Shown: positions 47,100 through 56,340 of the stretch, piece by piece
Layout of the letters: the number at the start of each line of letters is the position of its first letter
Numbering within the stretch: position 1 is the stretch's first letter
Source of the DNA: Candidatus Eiseniibacteriota bacterium
GTDB lineage: Bacteria; Eisenbacteria; RBG-16-71-46
Assembly (NCBI GenBank): GCA_038231135.1
Contig: JBBRLX010000006.1
Span: forward strand, 104,123 to 168,122
Length of the DNA stretch: 64,000 nucleotides
Reading direction: 5' to 3'
The notes under the pieces: model-generated
What the model was told of the DNA's origin: nothing
What the model saw: only the letters and a program-made list of their open reading frames with translations
The model's database searches: none
Position numbers and translations under genes: made by a program

Positions 47100-48158
47100 A
47101 TGACCGACCCGCCCGACGATCCCAGCCCGCCGCACCGGCGGCGGCCGCGCTACCGCGGCACGCATCCGCGTCGCTTCGAGGAGAAGTACAAGGAGCTGGC
47201 GCCGGAGAAGTATCCGGAGCTCGTGAGCCATGTGCTCGCCAAGCGCCGGACCCCTGCCGGCCAGCACGTGCCGATCATGGTCGAGGAGGTCCTCGAAGTA
47301 CTCGCTCCCCGCCCGGGTGTGCGGGGCGTCGACGCCACGCTCGGATGGGGTGGACACGCGCAGCGCCTGCTCGAGCGGCTGGTTCCCGGCGGGCAACTGC
47401 TGGGGGTCGATGCGGATCCGATCGAGCTGCCCCGCACCGAGGCGCGGCTGCGCCGGCTCGGCTTCGACGAGGCGGCGTTCATCACCCGGCGCACGAATTT
47501 CGCGGGATTGCGCCCGGCGTTGGATTCGGCCGGCTGGCACGACGGCGCCGACTTGGTACTCGCCGATCTCGGCGTCTCCTCCATGCAGATCGACGACCCG
47601 TCGCGCGGCTTCTCGTTCGCCGCCGATGGTCCGCTCGACATGCGCATGAACCCGAACCGTGGCCTCCCGGCCGCGGCCTGGCTCGAGCACGCGTCCGTCG
47701 AGGCGCTTGCCACCGCGCTCCGCGATCATGCCGACGAGCCGCTGGCCGAGATCATCGCCGCCGCGATCATCGCCCGGCGCGGCGAGCTCACGACCACGCA
47801 GGCGCTCGCGAATGCGGTGCGGGCCGCGGTGAAGTCGCGGCGCCGTGACGACGCCGCGGAGCTGTGCGTGCGGCGCGTGTTCCAGGCGCTGCGGATCGAA
47901 GTCAACGACGAGTTCGGGACGCTCGATGCGCTGCTGCGCCAGCTGCCGCTCTGCCTGCGCCCGGGTGGGCGCGTCGCGGTGATCACGTTTCACTCCGGCG
48001 AGGACCGGCGCGTGAAGCAGGCATTCGCCGCGGGCGAGCGCGACGGCGTCTACGCGGGCGTCGCGCCCGAGGTGATCCGCGCCTCCGCCGCGGAGCAGCA
48101 CGCGAACCCGCGGTCGCGGGCTGCAAAGTTGCGATGGGCGCGGCGGGGGCCCGAGTGA
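47100..48158 (+). CDS. rsmH: 16S rRNA m4C1402 methyltransferase RsmH-like protein, standalone with N-terminal extension
   Basis: HVPIMVEEV, DATLGWGGH, ADLGVSSMQID..RGFSF..DGPLDMRM, FQALRIEVNDE, ITFHSGEDR, NPRSRAAKLR. Confidence 0.9.
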   Translation: MTDPPDDPSPPHRRRPRYRGTHPRRFEEKYKELAPEKYPELVSHVLAKRRTPAGQHVPIMVEEVLEVLAPRPGVRGVDATLGWGGHAQRLLERLVPGGQLLGVDADPIELPRTEARLRRLGFDEAAFITRRTNFAGLRPALDSAGWHDGADLVLADLGVSSMQIDDPSRGFSFAADGPLDMRMNPNRGLPAAAWLEHASVEALATALRDHADEPLAEIIAAAIIARRGELTTTQALANAVRAAVKSRRRDDAAELCVRRVFQALRIEVNDEFGTLDALLRQLPLCLRPGGRVAVITFHSGEDRRVKQAFAAGERDGVYAGVAPEVIRASAAEQHANPRSRAAKLRWARRGPE

Positions 48159-48392
48159 CCATGAGGTGGCGATGCGAACTGCACTGCCCCACGCAACGAG
48201 CGCCCGCAGGGCGCCCTCGGACTGCCTGAACGCCCGCCGGTAAAGATCCGTCAAGACGCGACCGCTGCCGCGGTCAAGCTCGCGCAAATGCACGCCGACG
48301 CAGCTTGCGACGCCGCCGTTCTGAGAGCATGCTTGGCAGGTCAAGGTGCCGCCGCGACGTTCCCCCGGCGAGCCCTGTGGAAGGAGTGCCAT

Positions 48393-49148
48393 ATGAAGAA
48401 CACCGACATGAGAATCGCGAGGGCTGCCGCGCTTCGGCTCGTTCTGCTCGCGGTGATGTTGACGGCGGTTGCAGGTAGCAGCTACGCGCAGCGCACGGGG
48501 CGCGGTGGCGGTGGCGGTTCGTGGAGCGGCGGTCACGCGTCCGGCGGCCGTGGGTTTGCCGGGAACGGCGGCGCGTCCGGCGGCCGCGGGTTTACCGGGA
48601 ACGGCGGCGCGTCCGGCGGCCGTGGGTTTGCCGGCAATGGCGGCGCGTCCGGGGGCCGCGGGTTTGCGGGCAATGGTGGCGCGAATGGTGGGCGCCGCTT
48701 CGTCGGTGGCAATCCCGGATTCAGAGGCCCCGCGGGCGGCGGCTACGTCGATGGCGGGCGGCGCTACTATGGCGGTGGTCACCCGTGGGCGGGTCGTCGC
48801 TACTATCCACGCTCGTCGTTCCGATTCGGGCTCGGCCTCGGTTTCGGCTACCCGTATTACGGGTATGATCCTTATCCCGTCTACGTCGCGCCGCCCGTGG
48901 TCGTGGCGCCGCAGGTAATCGACGAATCGATCCTCACGAACGATCCGCCGGCCGGCTGCGAATACTACGATCCCTACTGCGAGCGCACGTTCTCGACGCT
49001 CGACGCGTATCAGCGGCATCTCGACACGATCGATCACGATCTCGTTCTCGAGGTCGTGAGCCGCGATTCGGGCCAGCTGCTGCGCACGTTCGAGTATCGC
49101 CAGGACGGCGGCTGGACCCTGCGCGTGGACCGCAGAGGCTCGATGTAG
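48393..49148 (+). CDS. Secreted Gly/Arg-rich low-complexity protein with C-terminal zinc-finger-like motif
   Basis: AAGGAG RBS; signal peptide SYA-Q; (GGRGFAGNGGAS) four times; Tyr-rich segment; D-x2-C-x3-F-x5-Y-x2-H-x5-H. Confidence 0.75.
   Translation: MKNTDMRIARAAALRLVLLAVMLTAVAGSSYAQRTGRGGGGGSWSGGHASGGRGFAGNGGASGGRGFTGNGGASGGRGFAGNGGASGGRGFAGNGGANGGRRFVGGNPGFRGPAGGGYVDGGRRYYGGGHPWAGRRYYPRSSFRFGLGLGFGYPYYGYDPYPVYVAPPVVVAPQVIDESILTNDPPAGCEYYDPYCERTFSTLDAYQRHLDTIDHDLVLEVVSRDSGQLLRTFEYRQDGGWTLRVDRRGSM
48543..48686 (+). repeat. Four 36-bp coding tandem repeats
   Basis: GGCGGCCG(T/C)GGGTTT(G/A)C.GG.AA.GG.GGCGCG units. Confidence 0.9.
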
Positions 49149-49264
49149 CCATCCGGCCGACGACGGCCATCAGGCGCCAGGACCGCTCGGTCCTGGCGCC
49201 TGTTTGGTGAGCGGCGGGACAGTCCAGCCTTGTCTCGGGCCCGGCGGCATGCACAATCCCTCGA

Positions 49265-50563
49265 ATGATGACTACCGTCACTCGCATCCTGCGACCCATG
49301 GGGACCACCGTCCTCCTCGTACTCGTGCTGTCCCGGTCCGGCGCCTCGGCCGCCCCACCGGGACACCCGGTGCCGCACCCGTCACGAAGCACGTACGCCT
49401 CCCAGGACACCCTCGCGTGGGTCGGTACCGGTGCCGTCACCACCGCGGGCTTCGTGCGTCGGATCGAGATGATGCCGTGGCCGGGAAAGGGCGGCGGAGC
49501 GGCGGAGCTCGATTCCGCCAAGGTGCGCGCGCTGCAGTCGCTGGTGGGCGAGGAGTTGCTCGCACAAGAGGCCGAGCGCCAGGGGCTGGGCGACGCGGGC
49601 GGCGTGGCCAGGATGCGGGCCTCGCTCCGCAAGGCGCTGGTGCGGGACGCGCTCTATCACGAAGTCGTGGCGGCCACGCCCGAGCCCACGGCGGCGGAGG
49701 TGGAGCGCAGCGTGCGGCTGCGTTCGTTGCACGCCACGCCGGACGCGCGGCGCAAGTTGCGCCGGGCCGCCGCGGATTCCCTGCGCGGAGTGGGCGAGCG
49801 CCAGCGGGCCGCGGCGTTCATGAGCCGCATGCTCGGCGGCGAGCGGGCGGTCGTGGATTCGGCGACATTCATGCTGCTGGCTGATTCGCTGCGGAGTCTC
49901 ATGGCGGGCAACTCGGACGCTCCGCCGTCTCCCCGCGGGTACGAACTGCTCCCCGAGTACGTGGAGGTCCTGCGAGCCAGGCTGAGGCCCGCGCTCGAGC
50001 GGCCGCTCGTCCGGCTCCCGGGCGGACCGCTGCAACTGGGCGACGCGCTCGAGGAGTTGCGCTTCTATGTATTCACGTTGCACTCCCTCGAAGCGGGGCC
50101 GTTCGCCGCGGAGTTGAGCGTGCGGCTCCGGACCATCGTGGAAGGCGAGTGGATGGCACGCGAGGGCCTGCGCCGCCACCTCGACCAGCGCCCGGACGTG
50201 CGGCGCGATCTCGACATGTGGACCGCAGCCTGGCGTGCGAAACTTCTGGTGCAGTGGGTTGCCGCGGGAGCCGAGACGTCGTCGGCTTCGTCCCGCCACC
50301 TCGCCGCCCGCGCGTCGGAGCGCGCTCGCGATCAGGCTCCGGAACCCCGCGCCGAGCGTGTGGCTCGTTACGTGGCCACCCTCGCGGAGCGCAACCGCAT
50401 CGAGATGAACTACGCCGCGCTGCGCGGGGTCGACGTGTCACCCGTCAACATGGTCACCCGGCGCCGCCTCGGCTTTGGCGGCGGCATGGTGGCGGCCCCG
50501 TCGCTCACGCCCCTGTGGGACTGGGTGCCGATCTGGCGCGCGTCCCGCGCGACGCTGCCATGA
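49265..50563 (+). CDS. Exported protein resembling SurA/PrsA N-terminal chaperone helices
   Basis: Signal peptide; LAWVG...VT...F, ALQSLVGEELLAQEAERQGL, IVEGEWMAREGLRRHLDQRPDV; no parvulin motif seen. Confidence 0.5.
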   Translation: MMTTVTRILRPMGTTVLLVLVLSRSGASAAPPGHPVPHPSRSTYASQDTLAWVGTGAVTTAGFVRRIEMMPWPGKGGGAAELDSAKVRALQSLVGEELLAQEAERQGLGDAGGVARMRASLRKALVRDALYHEVVAATPEPTAAEVERSVRLRSLHATPDARRKLRRAAADSLRGVGERQRAAAFMSRMLGGERAVVDSATFMLLADSLRSLMAGNSDAPPSPRGYELLPEYVEVLRARLRPALERPLVRLPGGPLQLGDALEELRFYVFTLHSLEAGPFAAELSVRLRTIVEGEWMAREGLRRHLDQRPDVRRDLDMWTAAWRAKLLVQWVAAGAETSSASSRHLAARASERARDQAPEPRAERVARYVATLAERNRIEMNYAALRGVDVSPVNMVTRRRLGFGGGMVAAPSLTPLWDWVPIWRASRATLP

Positions 50564-50747
50564 AGCGAGCGCCGATTCTCGAGCCGAACTCTGAAGCGCC
50601 GGACAGCGCCGGAACAGGCGTTTGTCGGCGTCGTCATGCCGAGCGTAGTCTCGCGATCACGCGCCGAAGCGTCGCGACGCGAGGCATCACACCAGCCACG
50701 AGCGCGCGCAGATTGCGAGGAGCTGCAATGGTCGTCCGGGTCATGAC

Positions 50748-52097
50748 GTGAGCGAAACCTCCGGCAACAGAGTTCGGGCGATGAGCATGGTCGCCGCCCT
50801 GGTGGTGCTGGCCGGCGTCGGCTGGTGGGTGCTGAGAACCCGCAGCGTGAAGCCTCCGGAGTTCCGCTTTGTCGCCGTCGAGCGCGGCGATCTGCAGTCG
50901 ACCGTGTCCGCCACCGGCGCGCTCAGCGCCCTGAAGACCGTGCAGGTGGGCACCCAGGTGTCGGGGCAGGTGTCCGAGATTCACGCGGACTTCAATGCCC
51001 ACGTCACCAAGGGCCAGCTCCTCGCGCGCCTCGATCCGACGCTGCAGCGGCAGGCCGTGCAGGACGCGCAGGCGAACGTCGCGAAGGCGGCGGCCCAGCT
51101 GCTGCAAGCTTCGCAGGATTACGACCGCAACAAGCCGCTCTACGACCAGGGAATCATCACCGGGACCGAGTTCGGCACGGAGCAACTCAGCAAGTCGGTG
51201 GCGCAGGCGGGAATGAAGTCCGCGCAGATCGCCCTCGACAAAGCGAAGCAGAATCTATCCCTCACCAGCATTTTCGCACCGATCAGTGGTGTCGTCGTCG
51301 AGCGCGACGTCGACATCGGTCAGACGGTGGCCGCGAGTCTCTCGGCCCCGCAGCTGTTCCTGCTGGCGCAGGATCTGTCGCAGATGCAGATCCTCGCCGC
51401 GGTGGACGAGAGCGACATCGGCAGCATCAAGGAGGGTCAGACCGCGCAGTTCACGGTGCAGACGTATCCGGGGCGCACGTTCATCGGCACCGTCTCCCAG
51501 GTGCGATTGGAGTCCAAGACCACGGACAACGTCGTCAGCTACACCGTGGTCGTGATGCTCGGGAACGCGGACCAGAAGCTGTTGCCGGGCATGACGGCGA
51601 CGGTGGAGTTTGTCACGGGTTCGGCGAAGGACGTGTTGCTGGTCCCCAACGCGGCGTTGCGCTTCAAGCCCACGCCGGACATGCTCGTCGCGTCCGGCCT
51701 GCCGCCGACCGGGGCAGGCGGGTCGCGCCGCAACGGCCGCACAGCCGATTCGACGAGCCGCGGCGGGGCGGGCGCGCCTGGCGCCGCGGCGGGCGGCGGG
51801 GCCGGGAACGGTGGGGCGCCGGGCGCGAATCGCCCGCGCCGCGCCGGCTCCGGAGGCGGCATGGGAGGCGGGTTCGGCTCACTGTGGACGCTGAGCGCCA
51901 CGAAGAAGCTGAAGCCGGTTCACGTGCGCATCGGCATCACCGATGGTCAGCGCACCCAGGTCACGAGCGACAGCCTCGCCGCCGGCACGCAGGTCATCGT
52001 CGGCGCGACGACGGCGGCGTCCACGACGTCGAAGACCGCCCCGGCGGCCAATCCGCTCACGCCGCCGCCCGTTCGTCGCGGACCCGGCGGCCCATGA
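50748..52097 (+). CDS. MacA-like periplasmic adaptor (membrane fusion protein)
   Basis: VSATG....TVQVGTQVSGQV...DFN..V.KGQ, APISGVV, GQTVAASL.APQLF, VDESDIG, PGMTA, VPNAALRF. Confidence 0.93.
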   Translation: MSETSGNRVRAMSMVAALVVLAGVGWWVLRTRSVKPPEFRFVAVERGDLQSTVSATGALSALKTVQVGTQVSGQVSEIHADFNAHVTKGQLLARLDPTLQRQAVQDAQANVAKAAAQLLQASQDYDRNKPLYDQGIITGTEFGTEQLSKSVAQAGMKSAQIALDKAKQNLSLTSIFAPISGVVVERDVDIGQTVAASLSAPQLFLLAQDLSQMQILAAVDESDIGSIKEGQTAQFTVQTYPGRTFIGTVSQVRLESKTTDNVVSYTVVVMLGNADQKLLPGMTATVEFVTGSAKDVLLVPNAALRFKPTPDMLVASGLPPTGAGGSRRNGRTADSTSRGGAGAPGAAAGGGAGNGGAPGANRPRRAGSGGGMGGGFGSLWTLSATKKLKPVHVRIGITDGQRTQVTSDSLAAGTQVIVGATTAASTTSKTAPAANPLTPPPVRRGPGGP

Positions 52098-52885
52098 CGC
52101 CGGGTGACGTGGGTGCCGCGCAGGGGATGCCCGTCATCGAGCTCCACGGCGTCAAGAAGATCTATCAGATGGGCACCAACAAGGTGTTCGCGCTCAACGG
52201 CATCGACCTCGCCGTCGCAGCGGGTGAGTTCCTCGCGATCATGGGCGCATCCGGATCGGGAAAGTCCACGCTGATGAACGTGATCGGCTGCCTCGACGTG
52301 CCCAGCGAGGGCAGCTACGTGCTCGATGGTACGCGCGTGAACGGCCTGAATCGCAACGCGCTCGCCGATCTGCGCAACCAGAAGATCGGGTTCGTGTTTC
52401 AGGGCTTCAACCTGCTGGCGCGCACTTCGGCGCTCGAGAACGTCGAGTTGCCGCTGCTCTACGACCGCAATCGCCGCTGGCACGACACGAAGGCGCTCGC
52501 CCGCGAGGCACTCACCAAGGTCGGCCTGGGCGAGCGGCTGGAGCATCAGCCGAGCGAGCTGTCCGGCGGCCAGCAGCAGCGCGTCGCGATCGCGCGCGCG
52601 CTCGTCACGCAGCCGACCCTGCTGCTCGCCGACGAGCCGACCGGCAATCTCGACAGCCGGATGTCCATCGACGTGATGAGCATCTTCCAGGCGCTGAACG
52701 ACCAGGGCATCACGGTCGTGCTCGTGACGCACGAGCTGGACGTGGCGCAGTACGCCCGGCGGATCGTCGAAGTGAAGGACGGCAGGCTGCGGAGCGATCA
52801 CCCGGTGGGGGCCCGGCACAACGCCGTCGATGACCTCCGTGTGCTCGACGCCGCCAACCCGGAGCCGCAGGAGGGGGTGGCATGA
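52094..52885 (+). CDS. MacB/LolD-like ABC transporter ATP-binding protein
   Basis: [48 protein letters not shown]. Confidence 0.95.
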   Translation: MTPGDVGAAQGMPVIELHGVKKIYQMGTNKVFALNGIDLAVAAGEFLAIMGASGSGKSTLMNVIGCLDVPSEGSYVLDGTRVNGLNRNALADLRNQKIGFVFQGFNLLARTSALENVELPLLYDRNRRWHDTKALAREALTKVGLGERLEHQPSELSGGQQQRVAIARALVTQPTLLLADEPTGNLDSRMSIDVMSIFQALNDQGITVVLVTHELDVAQYARRIVEVKDGRLRSDHPVGARHNAVDDLRVLDAANPEPQEGVA

Positions 52886-54096
52886 CTCAGAAGACCCTAC
52901 TGAAGCTGGCGTGGCAGAGCATCGTGAAGAACAAGATGCGCACGCTGCTCACGATGCTCGGTATCGTCATCGGCGTCGGGGCCGTCATCGTGATGGTCGC
53001 CGTCGGACAGGGCGCGCAGTCGCAGATCGAGGCGCAGATCAGCAGTCTCGGCACCAATCTCATCGTCATCACGCCGGGGTCGACCGCGGCGGGCGGCGTC
53101 AGCCAGGGGGCGGGGACGTTCAACCGGCTGACCGTCGACGACGCGATCAAGCTCAAGGACCAGGCGACGACCCTGACCGGCGTGTCGCCGGTGATCAACG
53201 CCCGGGCCGTCGTCGTCGGGCCGCAGGGCAACTGGCGCACCAGCATCAATGGAGTGAGCACGGATTATTTCACCATCCGGAACTGGGCGCCGACGTCGGG
53301 CGACCTGTTCGTCGACGCGGACCTCAAGTCCGGCCGGAAGATCGCGCTCATCGGGGCCACCGTGGCCAGGAACCTGTTTCCCGACATCGATCCCGTGGGT
53401 GCGGAGATCCGGATCGGCCAGGTGCCGTTCACGGTGGTCGGACTGATGGCGCCCAAGGGCCAGAATGCCGGCGGCCAGGACCAGGACGACGTCGTGCTCA
53501 TGCCGTACACCACGGCGCAGACGCGACTCAGCGGCAACGTGCGTATCGGTCAGATTCTCGCGAGCACGTTTTCTCCCGGTGACATCCCGGCGGCGCAGCA
53601 GGAGATCACGGACATCATGCGTGAAGCGCACCGGCTCGGGGACAACCCCGACGACTTCACCGTGCGCAACCAGTCGGAGATCGCGGCCGCGGCCACGAGT
53701 ACGACCTCGGTGATGTCCGGGCTGCTCGCGGCCATTGCATCGGTGTCGCTCATCGTGGGCGGCATCGGCATCATGAACATCATGCTGGTGTCGGTGACGG
53801 AGCGCACCCGCGAGATCGGCATCCGCATGGCGATCGGCGCGCGGGGCTCCGATGTCCTCGTGCAGTTTCTCGTCGAGAGCATCGTGATGAGCCTGATCGG
53901 TGGCATCATCGGTCTGTTGGCCGGCTATGGAGGCTCGCTGCTGCTCGGCAGCCTGACCGGGTGGCATACCGTGGTGCCGATGTCGGCGGTGTTCCTGGCG
54001 GTCGGCTTCTCGGGGGCGGTCGGCGTGTTCTTCGGATTCTATCCGGCGCGCAAGGCGGCGGGAATGAACCCGATCGAGGCGCTGCGCTACGAGTAG
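52882..54096 (+). CDS. MacB-like ABC transporter permease
   Basis: NKMRTLLTMLGIVIGV, GGIGIMNIMLVSVTERTREIGIRMAIGA, PARKAA..NPIEALRYE. Confidence 0.95.
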   Translation: MTQKTLLKLAWQSIVKNKMRTLLTMLGIVIGVGAVIVMVAVGQGAQSQIEAQISSLGTNLIVITPGSTAAGGVSQGAGTFNRLTVDDAIKLKDQATTLTGVSPVINARAVVVGPQGNWRTSINGVSTDYFTIRNWAPTSGDLFVDADLKSGRKIALIGATVARNLFPDIDPVGAEIRIGQVPFTVVGLMAPKGQNAGGQDQDDVVLMPYTTAQTRLSGNVRIGQILASTFSPGDIPAAQQEITDIMREAHRLGDNPDDFTVRNQSEIAAAATSTTSVMSGLLAAIASVSLIVGGIGIMNIMLVSVTERTREIGIRMAIGARGSDVLVQFLVESIVMSLIGGIIGLLAGYGGSLLLGSLTGWHTVVPMSAVFLAVGFSGAVGVFFGFYPARKAAGMNPIEALRYE

Positions 54097-54141
54097 CGCG
54101 GGGGGCGAGAGCGCCCCGCGGGGTTGCACCCGTTCCGAAGG

Positions 54142-54537
54142 TCAGCGCGCGAGGTCGATCCGGATGGGGCCGTCCCGCACGGTTTCGACCGGCTCCCCGA
54201 GCAGCAATTCGCGGGCGCCGATCTCGAGGCACAGCGGGCCCGGGATCGGACGAGTGCGGTAGCCGGCTCCGATCTCGAGCGCGGCGGCGGTCCGCTCCTG
54301 GCCCGCGGAGCTCGTAGTGACGCCGGAGCGCGAGTTATGAAACCGCGACGGGCCGTGGGCGAGGGGAACCTGGAAGCCGACCGACCCGCCGTCGCCACCA
54401 TTCCACACCGCGGTGGGCCCCATCGTGGGTTCCGCCCATGTGTGCGCGTAGGCGACATGAACCGAAACGCCGGGGCCGTCGGCGCGGGCGGACGCCGGCA
54501 GGATCAGCAGGGCGATGGCGAAGGCACGGGTGCGCAT
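54142..54537 (-). CDS. Small secreted hypothetical protein, possibly a truncated beta-barrel
   Basis: Purine-rich RBS-like sequence; signal peptide MRTRAFAIALLILPASARA; ALEIGAGYR strand. Confidence 0.45.
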   Translation of the reverse strand: MRTRAFAIALLILPASARADGPGVSVHVAYAHTWAEPTMGPTAVWNGGDGGSVGFQVPLAHGPSRFHNSRSGVTTSSAGQERTAAALEIGAGYRTRPIPGPLCLEIGARELLLGEPVETVRDGPIRIDLAR

Positions 54538-54674
54538 GGATCCCCTGGTGTCTCAGCGGCGCAGAGCCCCACCCGGATGCGGAACGCGCCGGAAGGCTAA
54601 ATCGTAGCCTGCCGTGGCCGTTTGTGTCACTCCCGACCGTTCGGCACAATGCGCGCGTGGACCCCACGAGCGGC

Positions 54675-55532
54675 ATGAGTGTTCCCGCGCTGGTTTCGAC
54701 CGGCTGGCTCGCCAGCCACCTCGCCGATCGCGATCTACGCGTGGTGGATGTGCGCTGGTCGTTGCTCGAGCGGGACAAGGGACGAAACGCCTATCTCGCG
54801 GCGCACGTTCCTGGCGCCATATTCATGGATGTGGACACCGATCTGGCGGCTCCGCGCGGACGGGGCCCCGGCCGCCATCCATTGCCCAGTGTGGCGTCGT
54901 TTGCCGCGAGCGCGTCGCGGGCCGGGATCGGCGCGGACACGCACGTCATCGCCTATGACTTCGGCGACGGCTCGACGGCCGCGCGTCTGTGGTGGTTGCT
55001 GCGCTACTTCGGACACGATCGCGTGTCGCTGCTCGACGGTGGGATGGCGCGCTGGGTAGTGGAGGGCCATCCGGTCGAGAGCCGCGTCCTGTCGGTTCCA
55101 CCGAGCGCGTTCACCGCCAGACCGCGCCCCGAGATGACGGCCGACGCCGAAGCCATCGAGCGATGGCGCGGCGATTCGCGCACGCTCATCATCGACTCGC
55201 GAGCCGCGGAACGCTATGCGGGCGCCGTCGAGCCGATCGACCCGGTTGCCGCGCACGTCCCGGGGGCGAGGAACCACCCGTATCCCTCGAATGTGCGCTC
55301 CGCGGACGACCCGCGCTTTCTGGAGCCCGAACGACTACGTGAACGCTTCGTCCAACTCGGCGCCGATTCCGCCGAGCGCGTCGTTTGCTACTGCGGCAGC
55401 GGCGTCAACGCGTGCCAGAACGTCTTCGCGCTCCAACTCGCCGGATTCGATGACGCCGTGTTGTACGAAGGCTCCTGGAGCGATTGGTGCAGCGTCGCGA
55501 GCCGAGCGGTGAGGACGGGTTCCGAGCCTTAG
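54675..55532 (+). CDS. Double-domain rhodanese / 3-mercaptopyruvate sulfurtransferase
   Basis: HVPGA, GRHPLP, AARLWWLL..GH..V..LDGG, YCGSGV.AC, LYEGSWSDW. Confidence 0.93.
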   Translation: MSVPALVSTGWLASHLADRDLRVVDVRWSLLERDKGRNAYLAAHVPGAIFMDVDTDLAAPRGRGPGRHPLPSVASFAASASRAGIGADTHVIAYDFGDGSTAARLWWLLRYFGHDRVSLLDGGMARWVVEGHPVESRVLSVPPSAFTARPRPEMTADAEAIERWRGDSRTLIIDSRAAERYAGAVEPIDPVAAHVPGARNHPYPSNVRSADDPRFLEPERLRERFVQLGADSAERVVCYCGSGVNACQNVFALQLAGFDDAVLYEGSWSDWCSVASRAVRTGSEP

Positions 55533-55570
55533 ACCGAGACCATTGAGAGTGCGCACGCGGGCATGGCCGA

Positions 55571-56176
55571 CTACTCCTTGCCGGCTCCGTGTCGCGCGAG
55601 CCTCAGCTCGAGATGTCTCCGAACGTCCGGCCATTCGGTGGCGAGGATGCTGTACATCACCGAGTCACGCACCGTGCCGTCGCGGCGCATGCCGAAGTGA
55701 CGGATCACGCCGTCCTTCTTCGCCCCCAGAGCCTCGATGGCGCGCTGCGACCGGAAGTTGAAGTTGTCCGTCCGCAGGCCGACGACCTTGCAGCCGAGCG
55801 AGTCGAACGCATGTTCGAGCAGCAGCAACTTGCAGGTCGTGTTGACGCCCGTTCGCTGGCGGCTATGCGCGTACCAGGTGTAGCCGATCTCCACCCGATC
55901 CATCTTGGGCACGACATCATGAAAACGCGTCGAGCCGATGATGGCGCCGCTCGCCACATCGCGCACGGCCCAGGGGAGCATGTGGCTGTCGCGTTGGCCG
56001 CTCAGCGCATCGGTCACGTAGGCCCGCATGCCCTCGGGAGCGGGAACAGTCGTGAACCACAACTCCCACAGGCGGCCGTCGGCCGCCGCGGTCGCGAGCG
56101 CGTCATGGTGGTCAGCGGTCAGCGGCTCCAGTCGAATGCCGTTGAGTTCGAGAACGACGGGATGGACCTCGATCAT
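55571..56176 (-). CDS. GNAT acetyltransferase (RimJ/RimL-like)
   Basis: IIGSTRF, VEIGYTWY..S.QRTGVNT.CK.LLL.HAF, N.RSQRAIE.LGAK.DG, RD.V.YSI. Confidence 0.93.
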   Translation of the reverse strand: MIEVHPVVLELNGIRLEPLTADHHDALATAAADGRLWELWFTTVPAPEGMRAYVTDALSGQRDSHMLPWAVRDVASGAIIGSTRFHDVVPKMDRVEIGYTWYAHSRQRTGVNTTCKLLLLEHAFDSLGCKVVGLRTDNFNFRSQRAIEALGAKKDGVIRHFGMRRDGTVRDSVMYSILATEWPDVRRHLELRLARHGAGKE

Positions 56177-56340
56177 GCAGTGCAGGCTAGCAAGTCGATG
56201 GGCGTCTCCGCCAGCGACGGAGCAGGATCGTACGTCTTTTCGATTCGCGTACTGGGAGGGTTCTGTCAGATGTTAAGGATTTGGCGACCGGAACTAGGGA
56301 GTGGGATACTCTTGTTCGGATACTTCAATAGGGGCACCCC

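Noticed and set aside
50748..54096. MacAB-like operon lacking TolC
   Set aside because: Common arrangement; TolC is often encoded elsewhere
54097..54120. GC hairpin after the permease as a terminator
   Set aside because: Imperfect stem and no U-tract
56205..56213. TCTCCGCCA as a tRNA 3' end or att core at the island edge
   Set aside because: Only 9 nt and no T-arm (GTTCRA) upstream
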